Positions 16,919-32,190 of a stretch of DNA of 64,000 nt are shown here, piece after piece. Each line of letters begins with the position of its first letter. Position 1 is the first letter of the stretch. The stretch lies in the NCBI RefSeq assembly GCF_009914755.1, contig NC_060927.1; one strand, 5' to 3'. Below the pieces are notes generated by a model. That model searched no databases, was not told the DNA's origin, and worked only from the letters and a program-made list of their open reading frames with translations. Source of the stretch: the human T2T-CHM13v2.0 reference genome, Homo sapiens. The translations under genes were made by a program, and so were the position numbers.

Positions 16919-18450
16919 TCAGGGGAAGCTTTTCAGAAGAGGTGCTCTTTGAGTGAACAAGGCTAGTGAGCCCTGAGGGTTATCTGTGAGTGTTTGGGGA
17001 AAGAGCATTTCCAGCAGAGGAAAGTAAAATACAAGGCCCTGAAGCAAGAAAATAATTTACCTTTAAAAGAATAGCAAAGAGACTAGCGTGGCTAGAAGAG
17101 ATGAATCTGGGGGGTGAGGGGCAGGAGGAAAAAAAAATTATGTCAGAACAATACTTGGGGGTAGATTATATAGGTAAACCATGTCAAAAATTTACTTGTA
17201 TCCTATCTTTGATGGAATGCCATTATATGATTTCAGGCAGGGGATGATATCACTACACTTACTTCTTAAATATTGCAATGAACTATGGCAGGTAAGAATG
17301 GAAATCTACATGAGAGGTAATAGCAATAATGGTGGTAGTGCTAGAAGTGGTTAGATTTAGCTATTATAAACAATTTTTTTGCAATTTTATGGAGAGTGGA
17401 GAGCTTTCAGGAAGAGAAGGATCAAGAGAGAATGCAAAGTGTAGGGGCAAGAAATTGAATAAATGACATGCGGAACCACAGTAAGAGTAGGTTTCTGGGT
17501 ATAATTTATGATTTTAATTTTGGTCAAGTTTGAGTAAAACAACCATTGGCTACCTAAGTGGAGGTGGCCAGTAGGTAGTTGGAGGTATTCAGTAGGTAGT
17601 TGGATGATCTGAGCCAAATTAAATTGGAGCCCTCAGTATATAAAATGTTATAGTAAAATTATCCATTGTCTATTGGATATCCACTATCTAATTTTACTTA
17701 ACCATCAGAATACTCTAATTAGTGGAAATAATATGTCCATATTAAATATAAGGCATTTCCTAGCCTACTTCCAAGATTGGGTTGGTCGGTGAGATGTACT
17801 CATCAGTTGTCGGGTGAGGCTTCTACGAAGACCCTTTAACAGAGTTAATATTGCAAGAAAGCTTAATTATGTGGTGTATTTTTTCCTCTACCTATCCACC
17901 CTGCAACTGAACACAGGAAGGTCCAGTAGCCAAATTGTGACTTTGAGAAAGGAAGAAAAACTGTAAGAGCTCGGGTCGCAGATAAATGTGAAGCTCCCAT
18001 GCCTACTCTAAACTGGCTACTTTGGGGCTTTTTTAATGAAAGAGAAATATTTTGCTTACTTTAAGCCACTTTTTGTGGCAAATTTTTGTTTGTAGGAAGT
18101 CAAATCTAATTTAAAACAGGCAGAATACATTTAAAGTCACAAGACTGCATGAGGTCCCCAAGCAAGTGAATGTAAACAAGACAGAAGAACGCTGAGGGAA
18201 AGCCCTGATGCATCCTCATTTAGAGGACTGAACAATGAAAGAAATCCAGCACTGGACACCAACAAAGAGCAGAAAGGGAATGACAAAGAAAAGAAAGATG
18301 GTGTGATTTAGCAGGAGCCAAGTGCAGAAAATGGCCAAGAAGGAGGCAGGAATAGCTATGTCAAGATGCTGAGAGGTCAGGTAAGATGAAGTCTGAGAAA
18401 TTACTACTCAATTTAGCCATTGATGGCATAGATAATTGGGCACTTAGTGA
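16630..18450 (+). mobile_element. Degraded L2 fragments with (TG)n and a probable MLT1 insert (about 17720-18120)
   Basis: L2-like phrases: GAGCATTTCCAGCAGAGG...AAGGCCCTGAAGCAAG; TCAAGATGCTGAGAGGTCAGGTAAGATGAAG. Confidence 0.6.
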
Positions 18451-18490
18451 AGTGGTAGGAAAGCAGAGTTATTTAAAAATCATGTCCAAT

Positions 18491-18522
<32 letters not shown>

Positions 18523-20683
18523 CATATATACACACATTCATTATATATACTATATATGAAATTGCGTATATATATAATTGCACATAGTCACATATACACA
18601 AAATTACATGTATTTTTACTTATCTGTTTTAAGACCATTTTTTTAAATTGGAAAACTCATGAGGAATAAGTCCCTAATAGAGACTTTTATCTTTATCTCA
18701 TTATCTAGACATTTCATTTACAATTTCTGACATCGTCTTGTTTTGTTTTTATTTGTTTCAGGAAATTTGTGTTAGAGAAGGAGTATACCAGTTAGAAAAG
18801 AAAAAGAAAAAAGAAAAACAGAAAAAGGTAAAATTGGTATCCTACTGTATATACCATTTTGTATCATTCATTTTAAATTTCAAAATTTGAGTAGACATTT
18901 TATATGTCATTAAATTTTTTACTAAACCATACTTTTAATGGATCACATTTACAAATGTCATATGGTTATATCATAAATTATATTAGCTTAAAATAAAAAT
19001 ATTCATAAAAAAATAAATTCAAAGAATAAAAATGAAAGGGATTTGAAATATTGTCATTCCTAATCAAATTGATGTATAATTCTCTAAGAGTAGAATTCCA
19101 CATATTTTTATAACACAGCTTACTGAGTTTAGAAGAGCTGTTCTGAAACTACTTGGTTTTGTCTAATGATTTCAGAATTTAGATTAATTTTCCCTAGATG
19201 TTCATGGATATTTTTATCTAGTTTAATGGAACTTAGTACAATGCAAATATTCTTAAAGATGAAAAGTCCAATTGACTTTGCTTTTAGTTTTACAAAGGGA
19301 TTTCAGCACCGTAGACTTAGAACCCAGATCCTCATCTACAATATACTTATTAGAGAATAGAAAATTCACCATTTCAAAAGCAAAAATGCACAGCTAGTCC
19401 CATGTAGGTAAAAAGAGGATGTTATATAGTCTATGCTGGCAAATTCTTTCCTACTTATATAAATCATCTCTGAAAATTAATCCCCATTACCTTGATCTTC
19501 CCTAAACCCATCAGCTTTACAAATTCCAGTGCAAGCTGCACCTACTAGCTTATACCTTCTGCATTAATTATAGCCAATAGTTATCCTTCTACCTCTGACT
19601 GTTGTCCTGGTTGACCAGGTAACACATATTTTGATATTATATTTTATTCTCTTCCACTTTATCTTTAAATTGTTACACTTAACATAAGTCATGATACCAT
19701 ACTGAACTCCTCTTGTTCATGCGTGGCAAGTCTTCATGTTTATTCATGGGTATGAAATATTACCTTATTTTTTATAATAGTTTATCTGTTATTTATTTCT
19801 CTGACATTTTCAAGTGTGGGTTGAGAAAAATATTCTTCTGTAATAACACATGAAATAATTATATCTTATTATTCCTTTTTAACTCTCAAGTTAAAACATA
19901 GGCATTCCTCAATGATTTCATTTTTCAAACCATCAATCACTACCAGAGAGAAAGAGACAGAGAGGGAGACAGAGAGAGACAGAAGGGTGAATGATACCTC
20001 CAAATTTTGCCAAATTTGTTTCCATGAAAAGTCTCTGATCATCATCATTAGACGATTTGCTTTTTCAAGCTACTCCTAGCCATACCTAAACATGCCAACA
20101 TGTTACTGAGAATGTTAATCATTGAATCACATTTTCTTAACAATTCAGCAGTTATTATCTGTGTGTATTGAAGTAGATGAATATCTCGTCTTGATTTATC
20201 TTATTAATTACATTAGTAGAATAATATTAATTATTGGTTCTTTTTCATAGTTTACATTATTATTCTGATTTCCAGCTCTTCTCTGTCAAAAATAGTCTAA
20301 TGAGATAACAGCTTTATTTTGTACAAATATCTTTCTTTAAAATAAAGGACACTAATTTCCAGTAGGTTGTTTGGCTGAACATAACAGAAGCTAGTTACAT
20401 AGTATTTGGTAAAATAATATATAACATATCTATATTATAATATTTTGAAATTTTGATGTATCCATTAAATGGAAGTTTCAGCAGACCATTTAATGTCATG
20501 AGAATCTATATTACCTTCTTTTATAAGATAAAAAGGAGGTTAAAATGTTATTGTAGTAGAATTACAAGTTTATAAATAAAATATAGATTTAAAAAATATA
20601 GAAAGAAGTGATAGTCAACTTTAGATTTTAAAACATCTTCTAGTTTCCACAGTGTATAAGCACTACTTTTACATTTTAAAATC

Positions 20684-20720
<37 letters not shown>

Positions 20721-21095
20721 TAAATAAAAACAAAATAATTCAGTGTGCTAAACAGTTCTGGATCATATGATTTTGGAAATAACCATCCTTATTGGCTCTG
20801 AATCTGATAATCTCTTTTTGCTTTTTAAGTACAGAGCAGAATACATGTCTTGAATTCTCAGAGAGTAAGGTTGGAATGCATGTGCAGATGGCACAACCCA
20901 CAGAGACATTTGTTTCCTCAGGCACCTTTGTGTCTGCTTTCAAGATAATGTCAACTTGCTATTTTGGAGTAAAATCCAGATATCATTTTCAAATGATGAT
21001 GTCACATGTGCACAAGGTTTCACTATTACTGCTTCTGACTAATTATAGTAAGCGTCAGTGATGCTTACAGAATGTAATACATATGTAGACACATG

Positions 21096-21097
<2 letters not shown>

Positions 21098-21138
<41 letters not shown>
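21098..21138. repeat. (CA)n microsatellite
   Basis: About 20 CA units. Confidence 0.95.
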
Positions 21139-21140
<2 letters not shown>

Positions 21141-21175
21141 AGATGCACAGTAACTTAAATCAGTAATTTACAAAC

Positions 21176-21292
21176 AGGTCTCCAGTCTCAGGGGCACTGT
21201 ATGAGGCTTTGAAATGTTGCCTGGGATTTGGTGAAACAAAGGCGGCATTAGGCATTCTATGACACACGGCTGATCCGTCCATCTGGAGACCT
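21176..21292. other. 117-bp segment bounded by a perfect 10-bp inverted repeat; possible ancient MITE-like element
   Basis: AGGTCTCCAG (21176-21185) and CTGGAGACCT (21283-21292). Confidence 0.4.
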
Positions 21293-22189
21293 ATCTTATT
21301 TTGATGCTATATTTTACTTTTCCCTGAGTGTCTGAAAATCAGAGAGTGTGAAAAAATGCTCCAGAGGATTGAAATTCAATGTAGAAAATGGCACAATAAA
21401 TAAAACTCTTTGCCACCTGTAAACAGTTTTGATCATCCAGAGCACTCTTGCTAATGGTTCCAAGATTTAAGACCCAAACCATGGAAGGCATTTTCCAGAA
21501 AGAGCCCTTGGCTTTGATATTCCCATTCCATCCTGATACAGTTCTAATTTACAGATGGTCAGAATTTGTGATATTTCTACTTCATGTATCACTGTCTAAT
21601 TGGCAGAGTGGATTTTCTAGGATAAAGTGTCTTGTAAGCCTGGAGGTTTCTTTTTTTCTTTTCTGGACAGGAAACCTAAAACATGTATTTATTTAGAGTT
21701 TACAAAACCTATTCACTTAAATATTTTGGAAAATATGATTTTAAGATGAGTTTACTTCATCATTGTAATAGATACAATAAAATTAGTAGTTTTATTAATT
21801 TGTTTACTTCATTTTGAATTTAATAAGACTTCTCTATGTGAATGAGGTTCTAAAATGTTATGTTTCTTTGCAAAGAACTTTTCCAGAAATATCATATCTT
21901 TATTCAAAAATGTATCTTTTTTAGCCTGCCACGTATCTTGCAATAATGTAGGCATTTGCTTACAGCAACAGAATCCATTTAGGGAATAAATAATTGACTG
22001 ATCTTATTATACTGAGCCTTTTCCTTCAAAAAGTTTATATCTCTGATATTTACAGATACTAAGAAAATTGACAAATCGATTCAATTGTGTCATCACATGA
22101 AAAGAATCCATTTTAATCAAAATTTTTCATCCACATGTTACAAAACCTATAAACACTTAGATATACTTAGATCTAATAATCTCCAAGGT

Positions 22190-22460
22190 AGTGATTTATT
22201 GAGTGCTTAAAAATTTGTGTACTGAACAGGCGCTTTATATATGTTATCTGCGTCACTACAACTCTGCAAAGGGTGCTGGGTTGGGTTTATTTTTTCTCAT
22301 GTTTGAGGTTTTTGTTAGCACTTATCAGCTATTTAAGTGTTTTATATCTGTTATTGACTTCAAATTACAGCAAAGCAGCACTTTAGAGATAAGAAAAATG
22401 AGAATCAGAGAATTTAAATGAGTTTTCCAAAGTCACACAGCACATGGTAAAGAGGTAAGT
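22190..22460 (-). mobile_element. MIR relic (interrupted)
   Basis: ATTTATTGAGTGCTT...AGATAAGAAAAATGAGAATCAGAGAATTTAAATGAGTTTTCCAAAGTCACACAGC. Confidence 0.6.
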
Positions 22461-25400
22461 CAAGCCAAATTTGTATGACTAGGTTTTTTTCTGCAATGAT
22501 GTCTTCCATTTATGAATTTCCTTCTTCAGTATTATATACCAACATTCCAGAAGAGTATGTGGACATATGATGAAAAGACCATGTCCCATTTATATTTATG
22601 TTCACACAGCACCTATAAAAGTGCCTTATACACAGTGGGCTTCAGTGAATATTAATTAAATCTAAAGTACCATTATGAATAATCAGCTTAATACAATTAA
22701 TCATCCCCAAACATACTGATCATTAATCACTTAGATGTCCATAATTTACTTCATTACAAAAGGTTTTGTTGAGCCCACAATGTGTGTTTATGAATGGAGG
22801 GGAATGTGTGTATTTAATATTAATTCTAAATTAATTTAATGCCAACACATTCAAAAGATCTGTTCTCGCAGCTATTCCTGGATAGCATGCAACCCATCTT
22901 TACCAGACAACAATTCACTATAAATAAGTAGCTGACCCATGTAGGGAAAACACTTTATTTCACCACAGTCATTATTGCTTATTTTCTCTCAGAACCAACT
23001 TGCTCCCACTATAAAATTTTGGTTACCTTTCTAGCCCTATAGGCAACTGCATTGATTATTTCCTGTTGTGCAATTGCGTAGAACCAGGTATTTCCTAAGT
23101 AGCCACATTCAGCAGAGATGTTTTTAAAAAGAAGAAATACAATCATGCTGCTTCAAGTTGTGGTAGTGAATATTTGTGCATCTTATTTTATTCCTGGCAT
23201 TATTAAAGAATATTTAAAAATAATATTAAAGCTGATCTTTAGGAGGATTCTGTGTCCAGGTTTTTACAAGAGCTAGGGGGAAAAACAACGCCAGTTGTTT
23301 TTAGTTGTTTTTTGTTGTATTTTCACTTAAAATACAAAAACAATGATGTCTCAGCTTTCATATGTGGTTGTAATGAAATAGCAGATGAAATATACTCTAG
23401 TGGAGGGTTCTCTCCATGAGTAAGGTACTTAGGATGGCAGTGGGACAACAGGGTGGGGATTCAGAACATGGTCATAAAATGGCAACACCTTCTCTTTCTA
23501 TGCTTCACTAAATGACAGAGCATATCAGAGCTTTCTTGAAACATATGTAGATGTTGATGGGCCTCTGCATATTCTGACTCCTGGCTAACACTAGTTCTTG
23601 TACTTCAGAATTCCTTTATATTATTTGAATAAATATAACTTCTTTTTTAGAACAGAAATTGAACATTGGATAACCTTGTTTCCACTTCCACTTAAAGAAA
23701 TGCCTAAAACACAGTTTTACTTTTTAAATGAAACTGACTGTCTGAATACCCCAGACACAGAAGATTATTCACATGTTAAGTTAAATATATGTAAAGTTTG
23801 AGTGACAAATTTTAATAACTAAAATGTTCCAAAATCTCAAATCTTGAAAAAAGATTAGAAGGGATTAGTAAGGATTTTTCTATTTTCACTGTCACCACCA
23901 AGGTAAGATTGCATTAAGATTCTGTGCATATAAAAGCATAAGAAAGCTTAATATGAATGGTAGGTAATGTTTTTTTGAGACTCTGTAAAGCATCTATGTG
24001 GGAAAGTAGATATTTAAGCCTGCTAAAAAGCGTGCATTACTGATTGCAGGTTTTGGTTCTATATGATCATTTTTCTTTTTTGTGGTATAGATCTACATCC
24101 ACTAATACTTGTGGGGCGATTAATCAATTGGAATTGATAAAAATGGTGATAGTCATTTAGGAGTTCATCGTTCTCAAACAACTCATCTTTGCAACTCAGC
24201 AAAGAATCTTAATGAAGTCTAGAATTGCTCTAAGAAAAGTCATGTATTTAAGTATCCGTACACTTTTTCTTAGCTTTGAGACTGTTTTAACTGTGATTGA
24301 AAAGCCAGTTTAGTGTACTAGCCAAGGCTTTCTGGGATTCAGTTGTCTCATCAACCGATGGGAATAACTACACATTACTGGTCTAAAACTGGGAGCTGGA
24401 TTCATAGAGCTGGCAAGATCCCTTAGATACATGGATTTATCCAAACTGCATTCTTAGTAATCAATGCATGTAGCCATCTTGAAGAATGTGTTTTTATTCT
24501 GAACTTAGCAATGGTTTCACACACATTCAAGATCACAGTACGACCTAGCATAAGCATCAGTTTTTTTTTCTTGGTAACCACCCTTGCTTTTTTCTATTTG
24601 TACTCAGCAAGCACACATTATGTAGTTCCCAGATCTTCCATGCAATGTTTTTTCATTCTTTTTTTTTAGCAGAGGCCTAGAGTAAATTCAATGTACAAAA
24701 AACCCAAAAAGCTATGTAAATAAAAATCAGTATTAGTAACAGAAAAATAAAAGAAATAGATAAATCAAAACTGTTTAAATTGAAAAATTCTGATAGAATA
24801 ACTTAGGACAAAGGACACTCTAAGCTGACCTATTATTCCCAAGCCTCCCATACTCCAGCTTCTTACATCTTACATCAATTTACAATGTACTTTTATTAAT
24901 ATCTCCATAAGAATATGTATTAATTTCCTTTTATACATTGCATAACATTAAAAATAGCCCAAATAATTTGATAAAGGCAGATATTATCACAATAGAAATA
25001 TTAAAATAGTCATTCCACTTAATAAGAATATTAAAATAGTCATCCCACTTCATAGTTGTACTTATAAAACAGGGCAAAAAATGAAATATTTTATCACCTA
25101 ATTCTTTTTCCAGTCTAGTATTCATATGCTATGAATTTCATCTGTACAAAATTCACAATCTTGCAATAATAAAAAATGACTTTTGGGTGCACAATAGTAA
25201 AAAGTACCAAACTTTTTACTAAACAATGTACACATCAATCTGTTCTATCTTTATCATGAATATTTTTTATTATGATAGTTTTAATGATGAGGAAACTGAC
25301 ACACAAAAAACTTTTAGTAACTTTACCCCAGTTATGCAGCAGTAAATTTGGGCAACTGGAATTTAAAAAGCGTGCATCTGATTCTGCAGTTCATAATATC

Positions 25401-28400
25401 TTCATCAGGTCAAACAGAGAAAGAATAATCTACTGTAGAAAGGAAAGTATCTTCAAAAATAGAAGTTAAAAAAATAAAAGATGCAAAAAAATTAGATATT
25501 GTAATATAGGTGTGCATGTATATACATTTGTATACTTATATTAACAAACCAATAACTGTAGAATGGCAATTTGAATTTTGTAATGCTTTCTCAATTTTGT
25601 TTTCAACTATTTAAACTTTGTAATTTAGCTGCACCTAGAATTAATTAGTTTCTTCAATTATGTAAAACATCCTAGCATGGTGAAATCATCTCTACCAAAG
25701 TGCATTTGTGATTGATACAACTCTTTATGTTTCAGTTACTGTAAGAAACCAAAAAATCTGTTCATCTCAAAATGCTATCCAGCATTTTTATATTACTACT
25801 TTATTAATTTTATTGAATGACATTTGTATCTATTTTTGTTTAGTATTTCTTACAAGTGTCAAGGAGAAATTAAGATTGTTATATACTGAAATCTCAACAT
25901 ATTAAAAGAAAAGTTCAGCTTTTCTAGAAACCGAATCTCTTTTGGTAGCCTGAATATGGAAGTTAAACTATGCTTAATTTGTTTTGGTTTCATTCTACAA
26001 CCTTGTAAGTAAACAGGTACTGAATTCCCTAAGGATGTAGTCGTTGTGAATCTAGTTAACATGGGACAGGTAGAAGGAACAACTTCTTACCATCGTGATT
26101 CTTTGGGGGTGAAACTAGTGTCATGTTAGTGTTTGTGTCCCCAGTGTTTTGTGCCTAGTAGGTAATCAGTAATTATTGACAGGATATGTAAATAAATAAA
26201 TGAAGGTAAACATTTTTATTTCTCCATAGATAGAAATATTACTGCAAAATTTCACAGATTAAAAATAGAAAAAAAAATCATATCTTCAGCACTCTGAATT
26301 GTGTTCTTGAGGAAAAAATGATTTAAAATGTGGTTCTTGTCCTCAAAATCTTACATAGAGAGATACGACATAAATACTTGCTACTTGGAGAGTGCCAAAA
26401 ATGACCTAAAAAGAAGTTCTGAAAAACAATTGTAGAAATGTTACTTGGCAGTAACCAATCTATTGCCAGTGACAGAAACTTGCCTTGATATAAAAGCTCA
26501 GAAGTCTAAGTTATCTGTTCAGGCTGCATTGTCTATGGGAAGCTTTTAAAGAATCAGTAATGGATTATTAGTTTTGAACAATGGATGTAGTGAATCTAAA
26601 AGAAGAGGACAAAAAAATGTCATTCTGGTTGATGGGATAGTAATCCATAGTGCAGTTTTAAAAAATTACCAGTTCTGTTTTGAGATGTAATAAATCGGTT
26701 TAGGGAATGGAGTACTATTTGATAAGAATAAGAAAAGAATAGCATTATGGTAGGTTGGATTTTAAATATGAGATAGTGAATACAGTCATTTCTAACGTTT
26801 AGCTTGGATTTGAGAGCAAGATATACTAAAATGCTATTATAGTAACCTGATTTCTTAACCCAAAATCATTGTGTTCCTTTTTCTCTTCCTTTTTCCTTAC
26901 TATTTTATAAAATAGCCTATGCTTTATTTTCTTTTAAAAGTAGATCCAATCGCAGAGTATTAATATTGTATATTTAGGAAGAATTAGTACAGTCCATTGT
27001 GAAGTAGCATTGAGGTCTGTAAGAAATATGCTACATACAGTTGAAAAATGACATTGCCAAAATATAATTTGATACCAGGAGCTTAGCGCATATAAGACAA
27101 CAATAAAATTTCTGTTAATACCATGACAAAAATTAAAAGGAAAGGAAAAATTTTAAAACTCCCATTAGAGATTATATTAAATTGCAATTTAGAAAACAAA
27201 ATCAATCTTTTAAAATTGAATTGCTTTGGGTGTATCAGTTTTATCTGCATTTTTTTCACTGCCAGTAATAAACCTGACAGAAAAAAAAAATGAAAAATTG
27301 ATGATAGCATATCAACAGCGGAATGAATGTCTCAGGTGTTTCACTTATGAATAACTAGCTAATATCATTCAGTCACCTTGGGCCCATTCATTAATGTTCC
27401 AGCTATCCTAAAAGGAAATGTCAAATACAACAATTTGTTCTCCTGTTCTTTCACTTAAACAAAAGTTTAAAAAGTCAGAAATTTTGTCCGATTAGTCCTT
27501 CTTTGTATTATGTATAAGATTTGCTTGTATATAAGGAAAGATTTAAAATAGTTTCAAAAATTTATGCTTCTCCATTTCTGTTAAAATCAGTCCCAGGAAA
27601 ATTTCAGTAGCTTTGCACCTCATCACAAATCTTTCAAAATTTTCTAGCAAATATCTGACTGTCAGTTATAAATATAAAGATCTCTAGTTTTTTGTGTGTG
27701 AATTGCCATCATAAAACTATGGAGAGAACGTCAACTGTCATATGTGCACACACACGCACACACACAAAAAATCTATTTAATTTTTATTTAGAATTTAGCC
27801 TAAACAAAATTATCATACAGGTTTAGATGGTTGTTGGCAACTGAATTACTAAATATTTCCCTAATATTCCTGGTTCAAGATTAGTCTACCATAACCAAAT
27901 TCCTTGGCTTTGGCTCTTATTGTAACCCTTGCACTACCTCTTGCTTTCCATCAACATATTTGTCAACAAATTATTCCTTCTACTGGAATAAGTCTTTCCT
28001 TCTGTTGTTTCATAGTACTTTGATTAAACCTCTCTAAATACCCCTTTGTATTGTTTTATATTGTGTCTACATATTGTGTACTGCATTATCTTACATTGTA
28101 TACACTGACGTAAATGCTTCTATTCAAAATTAAGCTGAGAAATCTCCTTGGAAGAAATTGTACTTTTGCCTCTTTTTGGAAAATTACTTTCTGCTATACG
28201 TATGAAGAAAATGCCAAAAAACTAACTGAACTTTTTCTTAAGTCAAATTAATTATTAATCAATGAATATATTTTCTATTACTGAGGGGATAATTGCTTTT
28301 CTACATTGCAACTAATATAATTTGTAATTACTTTGTTTGTATCTTTGTTTCATTGACTCTTCTGTTGGAATATAAACTGTGAGGCCAGAGACCATGTTGT

Positions 28401-31045
28401 CTTTTTATCTTTGGTTGTTTTTTTCATCTTTAAATCTTTTAATGCATACATTTTTTTCTGGCATGGGAACACATGAAATAAACAAATAAGTGTGAAAAGC
28501 AGACAAGTTTCTAAGAGGGTGAAGGAGATTAATAAATAACCAGATGATTGTAGCAAGTGTTGTAATAGAGGTGCCAGAGCCAAGCACACCACAATTTTTG
28601 ACATAGATTTCCATCATTAATTGTGCATTACAAACAAGGATGTATGTGGCAGGGTGGGTGGCTGGGAATCTCCTTACCTTCACAAACCTCAAAAATTGGC
28701 ATTAAAAACCTAAAAAAATTAAATTTACTTTGCCTTAAACATTAGGTTATCAATTATTTTTGTATGTGACTTTGATCCAGAAATAGGACATATGTATATA
28801 ACATTACAGTTTGCTTTACATTTAGAATTACGGAAATATTATCATGATTCTCCCAAGTTCACAATCTCCAAGTCTTTCTTAGTATTATTACAATTAATAT
28901 TTTCTTTTACCCTATAGGTAGCACTACCCTTTATTTGACACTATTTCAGAGTAATTTTTAACTCAAATGAACCTTAAAAAATTATTTTGCTTAATTCTTC
29001 TCTATAAAGCCTCCAGAAGGTGGAAAAACTGGTGAAGGCATTGTTTACTTCAGTAGTAACCTTTGTCATTCTCTCAGTTTAGGTTGGTTTAGCAAGCATT
29101 CATTGCTAACCTACACTGTGCCTGGCATTGCCCCAAATTCCAGAAATTCAAAGAAAAGAAGAGAAGAAGGATCCATTCTTGAGGCTCTCATAGTCTAGCT
29201 AGACTACTGTTATGCTGTTGTAGCTACAGGTTTCTTTCCTCCTCCTTCTGCTTGTTCTTCTCCTCCTTCACCTCCCTCTACTTTCCCCTTAGCTCCAACC
29301 ATTGCCTTTATCTTCTGTGCTTTTCTCCTTCTCCTTATAGGTTTGGTTAAATGTAATATCAAATATTTGGTAAAGTGCAAACTAGAAAAGTCTTATAGTC
29401 TCATCTGCAATGAAGAATCTGTAGAGTTATAGTAGATTGTAAATTATTCTGCATAAGAATTTAAAGTTTTAATGATCGAAAAGTTTTGAAAAACTACATG
29501 CCCAAAAATATTAATATATTTAAATTATAAGTGACTTAAAAGAAGACCTACTTATCATCATTATAAATGTACTCATAGTGAAAGCTCAAGAGCAAAATAT
29601 AAACATATGCACATATATGCATATACATATATATATATTCTCTTTGATGTGCTCAGATTTATAAGCAAGGCTCTGATTAGCATTAATGGAAGTTTTATAT
29701 GGACATAAAGGTTTATTCTTTTCTATGTAGTCAGGACCACCTCCTTCCAGTGCTTTTAGTCCTTTCTATCATCACAGATGCTCAATAAAGTATTTTAAAC
29801 TGTGTGTCCACAGCCAAAGGAATCTGGAAAATTTACTAGATCCAAAGCATTCAGATGTACTTATCATACACTACAGTCATTCAAGTCAGTATATCTCATG
29901 CTTTAATTCTCTAATTTGCCTCACAATTTTGTTTCCTGGACTAGTTTAGTTTTTTATCTTGATTCCTATATGATTTGTTTTGATCTACAAATTTGAATGC
30001 TAATGGCAGCTCAGTTTGTTGTGTATGTGTATATGTATATATCTGTGGAAGAAGTTTATGAGGTTCCCATTCCCTAGATTCTGGAGGTTTAGTTGCTTTT
30101 TTCTGTTCTCTGCGGTTATACAAGAAAGACCTTTTTTCACACCACCTGAGAGCTATAACCTGAGCCATTGGTGGCCTGAGTATTCTAACTCTGGAAGTCA
30201 AAAACCAGAGTTTAATGTAGGTGGCCACTCAGGAAGCTGGACTGGCAGAACTCTAAGAAGTCTTACCACCATGTTTCAATTGAGTAATATGTGACATGAT
30301 AACATGAGTAGAAATAGTATTCTAAAATTGATATAGAATATAAATTTTATATTTTTGTGGTGATGAAAAAAATTATATGCTGAGAAAAATAAAAATATAT
30401 ATTAATTTGAAGTAGAATAGATTTTTACCAGAACCGTTTAAATTTCTCCTCAGTGTTCTCTGAACTGAACTGAAACAAATTGGTATACTTTATGCGTTTT
30501 GTTTGAGTTCCTCTTTTATCTGCTGCTGTCTCTGCTTTGTGAATTCAGAGGAGCTCTTCACTTATAATTTTCTCCTTTCCTCTCCAGTTAATTCATGTAG
30601 TAGGCAATGTTAACTGTTGCAATGCTCCTTCCTATGCTTTGCCCTACTTGCCCATTCTCTAAAGTCCCTGACATGCATCAGTAGTGAAATTCACAATAAG
30701 TTGGAGACATATCTATGATGATCACCCCTTAAATACGGTAACATTCTCTATTGCTCTTGTGTATATACCATAATACTTATTCACCATTACTCCCCCTTAC
30801 ATAAGTCCTACTATACATAGACTCACTTCACTAGAGTTTGTCCAATGCATGTCCATGATGACCCGTAGGCATTAAATGTTTGATAAGACCAAGAAATAAG
30901 GTGCTTTGCAATATATATTATCAAAAATAAAAATATATAACATTGTGTTAAAACTTTGAGACATAGTGATCAAGTGATAGTAAACAGAAACAAAATTTTC
31001 AGTAACCATTATCACTGATAAAATAGTTTAAATGTCAGTTGTAAT

Positions 31046-31924
<879 letters not shown>

Positions 31925-31949
31925 AACAACCCTTTATTTTGGATAATAA

Positions 31950-32190
31950 TAATACTACACGAGATGGAAGACTTCTAATGTGTCAGGTACTGTGTTAAGT
32001 ACTTTAAAACATTGAGTTGTTTAATATTCATACCAGCTTCATAATGTAGGTGCTATTTTTATCATCCCTTTTTCCTATTTTGGAAACTTAAGCACAGAAA
32101 GATAGAATGGTTTATACCCAAATCGTACAGCAAGTAAGTGGCAGATCTAGATTGAAAACCAGCTGTACTGGCTCCAGACTTAGTCCTCTT
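31950..32190 (-). mobile_element. MIR
   Basis: TGTGTCAGGTACTGTGTTAAGTACTTT...GGAAACTTAAGCACAGAAAG...GTAAGTGGCAGA. Confidence 0.7.
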
